NCBI GenBank assembly: GCA_951406725.2
Contig: OX597819.1
Coordinates: 11,780,001-11,844,000, forward strand
Reading direction: 5' to 3'
Source of the DNA: Octopus vulgaris
Taxonomy: Eukaryota
DNA: 64,000 nt
Below the pieces are notes generated by a model. The model searched no databases. It saw only the letters and a list, made by a program, of their open reading frames with translations, and had not been told where the DNA came from. This document shows, piece by piece, positions 25,561 through 38,000 of the stretch. Each line of letters starts with the position of its first letter. Position 1 is the stretch's first letter. The translations under genes were made by a program, and so were the position numbers.

Positions 25561-27521
25561 ATATATTTATTTATTCTTTTCTACTCTAGGCACAAGACCT
25601 GACATTTTTGGGGTGGGGCTAGTTGATTAGATCAACCTCAGTACGCAACTGGTACTTAATTTATGGAGCCCCAAAAAGATGAAAGGCAAAGCTAACCTCA
25701 GTGGAATTTGAACTCCGAACATAAAGGCAGACAAAATACCACTAAGCATTTCGCCCAGTGTGCTAACGTTTCTGCCTATATATATATATATATATATAAT
25801 ATATATATAGATATATATTTTTTTTTTCTGCCACCCAACGGTCATCACGGCAGTAGCCACTGACAGCCGAACGATCAAACGCACACACGTACACAAAAAA
25901 TGTTTTCTACCCCTACGCCAACACACACGTATATAGAACAGTATACACACACACACGTCTCTAAGTAGATTTTTTCTCGCCCCTTATAAAACATCCAATA
26001 TTCCTTAAATAGTCAGAACTTTATTCTCGGTCACAAAGAACATCTACGCCCCCTCACCCACATGATTGACCGATGCCTGACCCGTTGAATTCTTCAGCCA
26101 CCGGTTCTCAACATACACTGATAAACAGTTTCGCCATGGGCTCTTAGGAGCATAGTTCGATTTGTTTTTGCTCCGCCTCTGTTCTGTTTTTTGTTTTTCC
26201 AACGGATTTCCTATTTTCTTCCTGAAGAGAAAGACACAATATGGTCCCATTATTCCATCGGATTTTGGTAATTTGTGCCTTTCGAAACACGTGTAGAATG
26301 AAATAAAACGATTTCTGTTCAATCTGCGTTCAGCTCCATTTCTTCAATTCACCAATAATGTTCTATATAAAATAATTATATATAAAACCATAAACCTACA
26401 ACACCACAGGTCAAATTAATTACAGACACCCACACCATTCTCACCCAGCTGCCCCTAATTTCCAACCACACCCAAACAGACCAAGAATATCCCTAAAAAT
26501 AAACCTCTCTGTGAGCACCATGTCATTCTTTTCAGGGTGATGCAAGTACAAACTGCAAGCCAATATTCTTCAAATCTTCCCAATTGAACCAGATAATCTC
26601 AGAAATAGAGGGATTATCTATAGCTTCAATCCCTCCTGGGTTACTTGCATTTCATTTATGCTGCTGTCACTGTCATTGATTTACTTTTCTTTCTTTTTTC
26701 TAGACTGGTAAGGGTTAGAAGGATTGCCAGAGCCCAATTCCCTTTTAAATCATGTCTTACTTGTGTGCTCTGTTTCACATGGTGTCTGTGGTGGGATGCC
26801 CTTCCTATGAGGGACCACTTTACAGTCACCTTCACTCACATTCACCCTCAGTCGCCCTCACACACCAACAACAACTTGTACTCACCCTCACACCCAGTTG
26901 TAAGCTCTCAGCCTGTCACATCAACAACTTTGTTTGGAAATTTTTATGTGGTCATTTGACTAATTAAAAATAGCAATCAAATTGTCCTAAAACACCAGCC
27001 TGCTGTCATGAAATAAGGACACATTAAATAATATAATCGTGGATATGCTTTATTCAGATGTGTCTCATTATCTGTATCATTGTTGTTTTGCTCCAGGTCA
27101 GTCCTCACTGAGCAGCTTTATGATCAAAAGTATTCCAGCCATGACACCCTCATCTATCATGTATCACAATCCACTGTGAACCTATAATAGCTTGTGTTTT
27201 GGTTGATATTTCTAGCATATAGAGACTCCCTCATTGGCAATCATGATAGTACACTACCGTAAATAATTTATATTAATTTCATCTATGCCTTTCTCAGAGA
27301 AGGGAGTCGACTTCAATAAAATACATACCAGTTATATACTGGAGTTGATCCAATGAATTACAAACCTCCTGTACAAATGTGGATTCTTGACCAATCTTAT
27401 GAAATCTTATTTCTTGATGTTTAGGTTGTTATTGTTGACATTTGTTTACTCTTGTTAATACAGTTTATTCCTGTTTCTGATGTTGATGTTACTGTTGTTG
27501 ATGCTGTTGGTACTGTTAAAT

Positions 27522-27871
27522 TAAAGGGTAAAGAGTAAAGACCCCCCTTCAGTCATGAATGACCATGGGATTGCACCTAGAAAGTCCCCTTCCAAGGCAC
27601 AAGTCCAGGCAAGGTTGTTTATGGAAGACCAGAAGTCGCCCATGCATACCAGCCTCCCCTCTCCATGCCACCAGTGTTATCCAAGGGAAAGGCAAAGGGG
27701 CCGATACAGCTTGGCACCTGTGACATCGCAACTCATTTCTACAGCTGAGTGAACTGGAGCAACGTGAAATAAAGTGTCTTGCTCAAGAACACAACACAGC
27801 CCAGTCCGGGGATCGAACTCACTACCTCATGAGTATGAGCCCAATGGTCTAACCAATGAGTCATGCACCTT
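27522..27871 (-). mobile_element. tRNA-derived SINE family E
   Basis: tRNA-like head with gagttcgatccc, CORE-like gttgtgttcttgagcaagacac, TSD ctgttaaat (27513-27521 / 27872-27880). Confidence 0.85.
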
Positions 27872-28526
27872 CTGTTAAATACATCATCATCATCATCATC
27901 AATTTAATGTCCACTTTTCCATGCTTGCATGAGTCAGGAGTGTATTGAAGCAGATTTTCTATGGCTGGATGCCTTTCCAGTTGCTAACCCTCAACTGTTT
28001 CCAAGTAGGATATTAATTCCCCAAGACCAGACATGTTTTCACAAGAGACTAGAAATGAAGGACACTGCATGTATAACGGTGACACTTGGTTACAACTATC
28101 ATGTGATGTTAAGGCAAGGAAACCATAACATGTGCACACACACACACACATTTGCAAATGTTCTTCTTTCAATTGCTACCTACCAAATCCACTTACAAGC
28201 TTTCAATGACCCAGGGCTGTAGTAAAAGACACTTACCCCAGGTGCCATGCAGTGGGACTAAAACCCCATGACCACATGGTCTTAACCACACAGCCACATC
28301 TGTATCTATATACGTATAATATAAATAATTCTCAAAGAGATGAGAATAAATAGTTTGACAAATGATGCTTTATTCCACATAAAATATAACAAGAAGGAAG
28401 TGAAGGTCCCACATAGTGTGTACTTTTAGTCACTTCAAATGCCCTAAATTTAAGGGGTTCTTCCACATATCAAACTGTAATCCGTCTTGTCTTTTTAACC
28501 ACATACCACTAACTGTCCCACCAAAT

Positions 28527-28594
<68 letters not shown>

Positions 28595-28779
28595 ATGTAT
28601 CTGTCTGTCTGTCTCTGTGGCTGTGTAGTGAAGCAGTTTGCTTCCCAACCATATTTCAAGTTCAGTCCCACTGTTTGGCACTTTAGGCAAATGTCATCCT
28701 CTCTCAGTTTGAGTGGCTCAAATTTAAACCCTGTTTACTCGGCATGAGCCAAAGTTCCAATCCCATTGCTGGAAATAAC

Positions 28780-30500
28780 AGCAGTGTTGTTTCCAGCTTA
28801 CACCAATCCCTAAGATTGTCCTCTTCTATACCATATCAGCTGTAGAACAAGACATAATCAAGGCTGAATGGATCTTATGACCCATTAAAGTAGAGGAACT
28901 TTCTAATAGGTCAGTTGAGAGATTATACAATTACTGAGCAATAATCGGGGTGAAAATGACTGGAATTTTTCAATGTGGGGAAAGAACACCTCTAACCCCA
29001 GTTCATATTTCCATTTCTTTGTTGGTAATATGGCAGCATTTTATCAGAAATGCAACCACTTTTCTGTAACCAACAATGGAAATTTTTGTCTAACACTATG
29101 ACCATTTTGAGGGAAAATTCCTCATAAACACCTGTTTATTAGTTGAGATCTTTTGTTAGGATCATGAGTAAACTCCAGTCATCCTGAAAACATATTTACT
29201 AAGACAGATATCAATTCAATAATATTCTCTTGTGGATAATCCATTTTTACACGTGTCCAGGGATCTAACACCTTGGGTCATGACTGAAACCTGTTCCCTT
29301 AAAATTTCTTTTATTTTTGCACATTTAAGACATCATTGCATGTAGTTCTCAACATTATGTTAAAAACCAGGCCACTCTGCTTCAAGTTCCAGGTGTTGGC
29401 CTTTAGCAATATTAATGCCATAATAGATATCATGAGGAACACCTTAATGACTTGCTCCCTGAATATCTCTAGTAAAGCAATAAAATTGTTTATTCAAGGG
29501 AGTTCATTTCTGCAGAATAATTCTATGTTTATAAATTATAAAATGTGTTTTGATGAACATGTCCAAGCAAATTTCCCATTTTCTCAAATGATTTGACCAC
29601 TCTGGAATACTTTAGCAAATACTAATCAGAAAACTTTACCAATTCTATAAAGGATTCCAAATCTTTATTATTAAAGAGTGAAGCAACATCTAATGTTCTC
29701 TGAAGCAAATGTTGATCTCAAGAAATGCCTTCCTTCGAAATAGAATGAATATACCAAGACAGGTACTATATTACTGTCAAATATATTGGTGTTGAGTTGA
29801 TACAATGTAAACCTTGATCTTCAGGTTGAATCTTCCTCAGTGTTAGCACCCAAACATAGCTTCCTGGTTGATGGTTTCATCTTCCATACAGTCCTTGAAG
29901 AGTTTTTTCTCTTGTATATTGAAGAATGGTAGTTTTTATGCCCATCTCAACAAGCCAATGGTGGTATTGCTGTAGCGATGTCTTTGAAGTTATTACCTAT
30001 TTAAATTTGATGGTAAACCCTTAGAGAATAATTTATGGAAGAATTTTCCAATGACAGGAGATTTTCATATGATAAACGTGTTCATAACCACAAATATGTA
30101 TTTAGAAAATTCCTTTATTTTTAAGCATTGGCAACTTTTGGCTCTACTTCATGAGAAATATTGACCCTCTTCAAATACAGTTTCGTTTCTTGTTGTTGTA
30201 TGAAATTCGCACATACATCGACACATTACTCAACTGCATTTCTTCCAACAGTCTTAATCTATGGTAATATTTGATAGAGGCCTTTAATGAATTTAATTAC
30301 TATTAATTATTGTTCTACAATACTTTGGTCACCTTGACCAAGCTTATTGAATTCACATCAAGACCTGTTACAAAAAACACGATGCATAAGTCTCTCACAT
30401 TATTCACATATATATTCTCACACATCTTCCCGAAACAAATAACCTTCAACTGTTTACGATAAACCAGAAGCAACACCTTTCGTTCAACGTAGCTTCATAT
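28780..30500 (-). mobile_element. Decayed Ty3/Gypsy LTR-retrotransposon pol (RT C-terminus and integrase); outer boundaries approximate
   Basis: Minus-strand remnants: HSISKEGIS*DQ...NNKDLESFIELVKF (RT/connection, ~29625-29745); HDIYYGINIAKGQHLELEAEWPGF*HNVENYMQ*CLKC (H2C2 zinc finger, 29321-29434); PWTRVKMDY (29236-29262); LVNMFSG*LE; PYYQQRNG (29010-29033). The RT-then-INT order is Gypsy-like. Many stops; no LTRs found. Confidence 0.8.
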
Positions 30501-30872
30501 CCGGCTTTTGATACAAATAGATCTACTTTCCCCTTCGTTCCACCATGTTCATTACTATCTCTTTCAATTACTTTGTTCTCAGACCAACAAAACATCTTAC
30601 CGATGCTGCAACAAGGTCACGATCGGTCAGCATTAATTCAGATACTCTCTGTGATGCCATTGTTATGATGTATATAATTCACAAAGCATTCAACAATAAC
30701 AGTTCAACAAGCAACGCTCATATTAACAGCTAGACTACAATACGTAACTGGAGGGTGTATATAACAAGGGACAAAAAGTCATTTTAACAGCCTCCTTCAT
30801 ATATCTTTAATCTGTCTTCTCAATAACATAACACAGACTGCCCTGCTAAATATCTTCGTGTGTGTATCAGTG

Positions 30873-30928
<56 letters not shown>

Positions 30929-31227
30929 GTATATGTGTATGTGTATATGTATATGTATATGTATATGTGTATATGTGTATATGTATATGTGTATATGTAT
31001 ATATGTATATGTATATATGTATATGTATATTAATATGTATATTGATTAATCTCAAGATTAATCAGCCGAAATTGCGAAGATGATCTGGTTCTTGACTGAT
31101 GACTGAGGGCTTCGAATGTCCCGTCCTGTGGTTCTTGTGTCTTCTCTTTGGTGTTTCATGTTCTTGTCCATGTCTGTAATTATTTTTATTTTTACTGTTT
31201 ACATATATGTATATATATGTATATATA

Positions 31228-33325
31228 TGTGACACTTGTGAAGACCTGTTGAGGCAGAGGCAAGTGTGTGACACTTGTGGAGACCTGTTGAGGCAAGTGT
31301 GTGACCCTTGTGAAGACCTGTTGAGGCAAGTGAAACTCAAAAATCAAATCAAACCAAATCAAAATAGATGAACATCAATGGAATTTGTATCTTTGTGGTT
31401 CCAGTACCGGTGGCACACAAGAAAACCATCCGAACGTGGCCGTAGCCAGTACCGCATCGACTGGCCTCCGTGCTGTGGGCACAACAAACACCATCTGATC
31501 GTGGCCGTTCGCCAGCCTCATCTGGCACCTGTGTCGGTGGCACATAAAAACACCATCCGAAGACCCGGCGACGTAGTCAGTCCACCTGTGCATACCTTCC
31601 CTCTTATGACACTTGTGAAGACCTGTTGAGGCAAGTGTGTGACACTTGTGAAGACCTGTTGAGGCAGAGGCAAGTGTGTGACACTTTGTGAAGACCTGTT
31701 GAGGCAGAGGCAAGTGTGTGACACTTGTGGAGACGTGTTGAGGCAAGTGTGTGACACTTGTGAAGACCTGTTGAGGCAAGTGAAAATCAAACCAAACTTG
31801 TGAAGACCTGTTGAGGCAAGTGAAAATCAAACCAAATCAAAATAGATGAACATCAATGGAATTTGTATCTTTGTGGTTCCAGTACCGGTGGCACACAAGA
31901 AAACCATCCGATCGTGGCCGTTCGCCAGCCTCATCTGGCACCTGTGTCGGTGGCACATAAAAACACCATCCGAAGACCCGGCAACGTAGTCAGTCCACCT
32001 GTGCACCTGTGTCGGTGGCACATAAAAACACCATCCGAAGACCCGGCGACGTAGTCAGTCCACCTGTGCATACCTTCCTACTTATGACACTTGTGAAGAC
32101 CTGTTGAGGCAAGTGAAAATCAAAATCAAATCAAATCAAATCAAACCAAATCAAAATAGATGAACATCAATGGAATTTGTATCTTTGTGGTACCAGTACC
32201 GGTGGCACACAAGAAAACCATCCGAACGTGGCCGTAGCCAGTACCGCATCGACTGGCCTCTGTGATGTGGGCACATAACAAACACCATCCGATCGTGGCC
32301 GTCCGCCAGCCTCATCTGGCACCTGTGTCGGTGGCACATAAAAACACCAACCGAAGACCCGGCAAGACTAGTCAGGCCATAACCCATGGCCCCTACTTGG
32401 GACGTAGTCAGTCCACCTGTGCATACCTTCCTTCCTTCTTGTGACACTTGTGAAGACCTGTTGAGGCAAGTGAAAATCAAATCAAATCAAATCAAAATAG
32501 ATGAACATTAATGGAATTTGTATCTTGTGGTACCAGTGCCAGTGGCACACAAGAAAACCATCCGAACGTGGCCGTAGCCAGTACCGCATCGACTGGCCTC
32601 CGTGCTGTGGGCACGCAACAAACACCATCCGATCGTGGCCGTTCGCCAGCCTCATCTGGCACCTGTGTCGGTGGCACATAAAAACACCATCCGAAGACCC
32701 GGAAAGACTAGTCAGGCCATAACCCGTGGCCCCTACCTGGGACGTAGTCAGTCCACCTGTGCATACCTTCCTTCTTGTGACACTTGTGAAGACCTGTTGA
32801 GGCAAGTGAAAATCAAAAAATCAAATCAAATCAAAACAAATCAAAATAGATGAACATCAATGGAATTTGTATCTTTGTGGACCAGTACCGGTGGCACACA
32901 AGAAAATCATCCGAACGTGGCCGTAGCCAGTACCGCATAGACTGGCCTCCGTGCTTTGGGGACGTAACAAACACCATCCGATCGTGGCCGTCCGCCAGCC
33001 TCATCTGGCACCTGTGTCGGTGGCACATAAAAACACCATCCGAGCGTGGCCGTCTGCCAGCCTCGTCTGGCACCTGTGTCGGTGGCACATAAAAACACCA
33101 TCCGAGCGTGGCCGTTCGCCAGCCTCGTCTGGCACCTGTGTCGGTGGCACATAAAATCACCCACTACACTCTCGGAGTGGTTGGCGTTAGGAAGGGCATC
33201 CAGCTGTAGAAACACTGCCAGATCTGACTGGCCTGGTGCAGCCTTCGGGCTCCCCAGACCCCAGTTGAACCGTCCAACCCATGCTAGCATGGAAAACGGA
33301 CGCTAAATGATGATGATGATGATGA
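31228..33325 (+). repeat. Nested tandem array of RTE-type LINE 3'UTR modules ending in module D and a (GAT)n tail
   Basis: Five units begin with atagatgaacat at ~31363, 31842, 32156, 32497 and 32846. There are 32-38 bp subrepeats gtgacacttgtgaagacctgttgaggcaa and (AAATC)n spacers. The array is homologous to 10200-10720. Confidence 0.9.
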
Positions 33326-33357
33326 TATATGTATATATATATATGTATATATATATG

Positions 33358-33388
<31 letters not shown>

Positions 33389-33389
33389 G

Positions 33390-33468
<79 letters not shown>

Positions 33469-34637
33469 GTATATATATGTATATGTATATGTCCAGGCGA
33501 TGCCAACATGGAAAGCTGACATTAAATGATGATGTCAGTAGAGATAATTGATATTAATGGTTTCATATTTCGTATTAATTTTACACCTTCTCTACTCGAC
33601 TCCTTCACAATCATTGTTTGTTGTTGTTGTTCCTGTCACTAGTGTTATTGTTGATAGCAATATTGTTGTTTTTGTTAAGCAGACCCCTAAACAGCAACAC
33701 AAGACACTATGAGGCAACAGTAAGTCGCTCGCCCCCCATTTCCCTCGCCTTTCTACATCCCGGTGTATGTTGTGATGATGTCAACCCTTACTCCCCGTAT
33801 AACCAGGGCACCAATTTATATATATATGGTAGGGAGGGGCTACACCTTGTACTTCCACTGAGTACCTTTCAACACATGTTCCCTGTTTTGTGTCTCCTAC
33901 TTTAGGGAGAATAGGGCATTGGTTGAGGAAAACAGTTGCTGTATTGACAAGACTTAATGCCTGTACTAATTTCTTTACTGGACTCTGTGTGTGTGTGTCT
34001 ATGTGTGTGTCTGTGTGTGTGTCTGTGTGTGTTTGTGTGTGAATATGTGTCCATGTGTGAGAAGACACTGTACATTGTTAGACCAGAAAACAATAGCACA
34101 TTTGTGATTATATTGTGGTTTGTTCCTAGTATCACCACCGCCACCAATGGATATGTTAGTGGTGGTGGTGGTGGTGGTGGTGGTGGTGATGGTGATGCAT
34201 ACACACAGTAATATATACACACTAATATTTCAATAAAAAGGCCTTTTTATGCCATTGTGTTCCTATATTTATATCTGATGTTGTGTATGAGAGTGTATAA
34301 GGCAGTGATCATTAATCCATTTGAATCACTGGAGTTCAAATAAAAATGATATTTCACATGGGAAGTTAAAAATAATAATTAATTGTTTTGTTGTTAAAAA
34401 AGTTTTAAACAACAAAGGAAATTAGTTGCTTCTGTTCACACTTATGTGGAACAAAATTATAAATAACATGTTTTTTTTTACAGGAAGACCAAGGATAAAT
34501 ATGAATTTTCAGAAGTCTTAAATTAGGATTTCAAAACGGTGCTCTTTGAATACCCTTGTGGCATGGCACACTGTCTGAGGAGGCACACTTGTGTATTGAT
34601 ATATACGTTACTGTATAAATGGGTAAAAATACATATA

Positions 34638-34719
<82 letters not shown>

Positions 34720-34869
34720 GTGTGTCTATAGCCAGCTGGAGGAGATATCTTCCTGGGGCTACAAACTACAGTAGCATCCACCCTTAGGGGTTAGCCATAT
34801 TCAAATGGCAAATATGCGTCACGATGTGTTACCGCTACTGTTTATAACTCGCTCTGAGATTTATCATTG

Positions 34870-34907
<38 letters not shown>

Positions 34908-36544
34908 AAATGGAGTTAAACGCAGATGTTATTCAAATCTTTATACTTCCGACATATGTTTCGAAGAATTTCACTTAACCTTGGAATTTCTACCTTTATA
35001 AGTAGGCTGTAACATTCTTGGCACTTATGTAAATTTTTGATACCCTGGTAACTATTTATTTTTTTTTTCCGTGTTATTTGTACACATTGAAAAAATAGAC
35101 ATACATTTATCATCATCATATATATATATATAAATGTATGTGTATTTTTTCAATGTGTACAAATACAAATATATATATATATATAGGTGCAGGAGTGGCT
35201 GTGTGGTAAGTAGCTTGCTTACCAACCACATGGGTCTGGGTTCAGTCCCACTGTGTGGCATATTGGGCAAGTGTCTTGTACTATAGCCTCAGACCAACCA
35301 AAGGTTTGTGAGGATTTGGTAGATGAAAACTGAAAGAAGCCTTTCGTATATATATATATATATATATATATGTTTCTTTATTACCCACAAGGGGCTAAAC
35401 ATAGAGGGGACAAACAAGGACAGACAAACGAATTAAGTCGATTACATCGACGCCAGTGCGTAACTGGTACTTAATTTATTGACCCCGAAAGGATGAAAGG
35501 CAAAGTTGACGTCGGCGGAATTTGAACTCAGAACGGCTACGCATTTCGCCCGGCGTGCTAACGGTTCTGCCAGCTCTCCGCCCTTGTACATATACAGATG
35601 TGTGTTTGTGTGTGAATGACTATATGAATGCGTGTGTGGTTCATATGTATGCGTGCATAGTTATATATGTATATGTGTAACTATGTGGCTATGTGAATTA
35701 GTTACATTTAATGCGTATTGCCATATAAATATTCTGTTTAGTGAGGTCTCTGCTCCCCCTTCTCATTCCCTGCCTTCACCACCACCACCACCACCATTCA
35801 GTGCCATTACTACCACTGCTACCACCACTACTATTACTATCACTATTAAGATACCACTCTGCTACTACTACCACACAATGACCAACACAGTGCAGCTACT
35901 ATTTCACACCACCACCACCACTAATACAACACTGCTACTACTACTACTACTACTGCTAGTGTCCAATAAATCACAGCCACCACCACCACCCCTTCCACTA
36001 AAGACCAGTTGTAATTCTCCCACCATCAATGTGTAATGTATGTATTTATGTGAGAACCCAGCATCTTACTTTGCTCAGGTGTAGCATTGGTTGTGGTTGT
36101 GGTGGTGGTCGTCGTCATCGTCATGATGGTTGTGGTGGTGGCTGTGGTAGTGCTAGTACAATTAATGGAGTGAGTGGTGGTGGTGGTGGTAGGAGTTGTT
36201 GAGCAGTGTAAAAGTGGTGTAGTGTAAAGTATGTGGAAGTGTTACGGTTATAGTTTTTCCATAGTTTTGCAGACAACACTTCTATGATGAAGATGCTGTT
36301 TCTATATAATTAGTGCATGATGCCAATGCAAGGAGACACATACATGCACACAATGGGCTTCTTTCAGTTTTCTTCTGCCAAATCCACTCACAAGGCTTTG
36401 ACCATCTCAAGCTTATAGTAACGAAGACATTTGCAGAGTTGAATTGAACTTGAAACCACCCAATTGCAAAGCAAACAGCTTCTTAAACCACACAGCCTAT
36501 ACCTGCACTTTATATATGTATGTATTGTATGTCTGTCTGTATGT

Positions 36545-36854
36545 ATGTATCTTGTTCACACTTTTTCGAGATCAGTGACTTTTCGTCACTGGAAAAAGGA
36601 TATATGTATTTGCATTGGAACCCCTTCGCATCAAAGACCGCTGATTGTCATGCACTGATGACGGGTAAATACCCAGAAACCTGGGCCCGTGCGTATCACG
36701 TCAGGTCACCGATAGGAAGGATGGCTTCCCTTTGCAAATACTGATAGGGCACAGAAAGTGTGTCAATAGCTAGCAGGAGATGTTCTCCTGGGGCTACAAG
36801 CTACAGTAGCCTCTACCCTTAGTGGTTAGCCACATTTAAGTAGCAAATATACTT

Positions 36855-36860
<6 letters not shown>
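36545..36860 (+). mobile_element. Penelope-like non-coding element with hammerhead motif
   Basis: 36650-36707 reads atgca CTGATGA c gggt aaat accc a GAAA cctgggcc cgtgcgt. Its 3' part is shared with ~34720-34825. Flanked by TA repeats. Confidence 0.6.
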
Positions 36861-36921
<61 letters not shown>

Positions 36922-37017
36922 GTTCCTGACGATGAATTTGTCATATTTACATAGGCAGGTGGAAATTTACCGTAAATAATTGTTATTATATGAAAAACCA
37001 CTGAAAAATTATTTACC

Positions 37018-37057
<40 letters not shown>

Positions 37058-37059
37058 TT

Positions 37060-37185
37060 ATCAAAAGAAAAACAGGATGCAAAGGATTTAGTGGTACATA
37101 TGTTTCTGGCTTTATTGGACTGTTTATATCAATGCATAATTGATGTAACATGTATGTCAATAGCCTTCTTCAGCTGCGCACAATA
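37060..37185 (-). mobile_element. Penelope-like fragment with an intact-core hammerhead
   Basis: Minus strand 37091-37177 reads gcag CTGAAGA a ggct...agcc a GAAA catatg TA ccac. A partial second copy lies at ~40533-40576. Confidence 0.65.
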
Positions 37186-37360
37186 TATATATATGTATGT
37201 GTATATGTTAGTGTGTTTACATCCTCATAACTTAGCAGTTCAGCTAAGATCGATAGAATAAGTACTAGGCTGACAACGAAAAAAGCCCTGGGGTCGATCT
37301 GTTTGACTAAAGGTAGTGCTCCAGCATGGCCACAAAAGTAAAAGAATAAAAGAATGTATA

Positions 37361-37875
37361 TCTATATATATAAAACTGTAGTTGTGTGAGTGTCTGTCTC
37401 CTACGATTTAGATTCCTAACTCCTCCCACTTTTTGCAGTGCAGTTTAACCAAAAACGAGTATCTTATAGTCGTGATTAATATCGAGCCCGTCTGGCTATT
37501 AGCGCGCGTCTACGATGAGTCTACGATTTTAAAAATAATTTAACATCATTTTTTTATTCCATTTTAATGCATAATTTTTCGTGTGTCGATGGCGGCTGAG
37601 TTGGCGTCCACGCTCAAACACCTGCACCTGTGTTTGCTTCTCCCCCTTCTTCCCTCCCTCGTGAAGCTGTGGGGAAGGGAGTGTAAGGAAATCAACGTCG
37701 TAATGCGTTGTCAAGGAGACCAGCGTTCTTTTAGAACGACTTCATGGCTTGAAGACACCAAAACAGAAATGGCTAAGAAAGCCCGAATTGGCATCTATAA
37801 GGGAAGTAACTCTCTAAAAATGCTTATATAGTTATTTCCCTTACAAACCCGAGCAACGCCGGGCGATACTGCTAG
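37361..37875 (+). mobile_element. Non-autonomous Helitron
   Basis: 5' TC(tatatatataaaa), 3' hairpin cccgagcaacgccggg (37848-37863), terminal CTAG, inserted between A and T. Confidence 0.88.
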
Positions 37876-38000
37876 TATATATATATATATACACACACAC
37901 ATATATGCGCTCCTATTTCGGTACTACTGGCTAAAGTGGGGAACATTGGTCCGATGAAGCCAATTGTTTGTAGGTACCAACACTAAGGTTAGGCTACATT

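Noticed and set aside
31228-33325. Repetitive Cys/His-rich ORFs suggesting a repeat protein
   Set aside because: The sequence is homologous to the LINE 3'UTR at 10200-10720; unit lengths vary without frame conservation and stops recur.
33683-33719. Possible microexon (aagcAG ... GTaagt)
   Set aside because: It is 37 or 40 nt, not 3n, and the frame that would end in phase 1 to join the 55232 exon contains TGA. It cannot be supported without RNA-seq.
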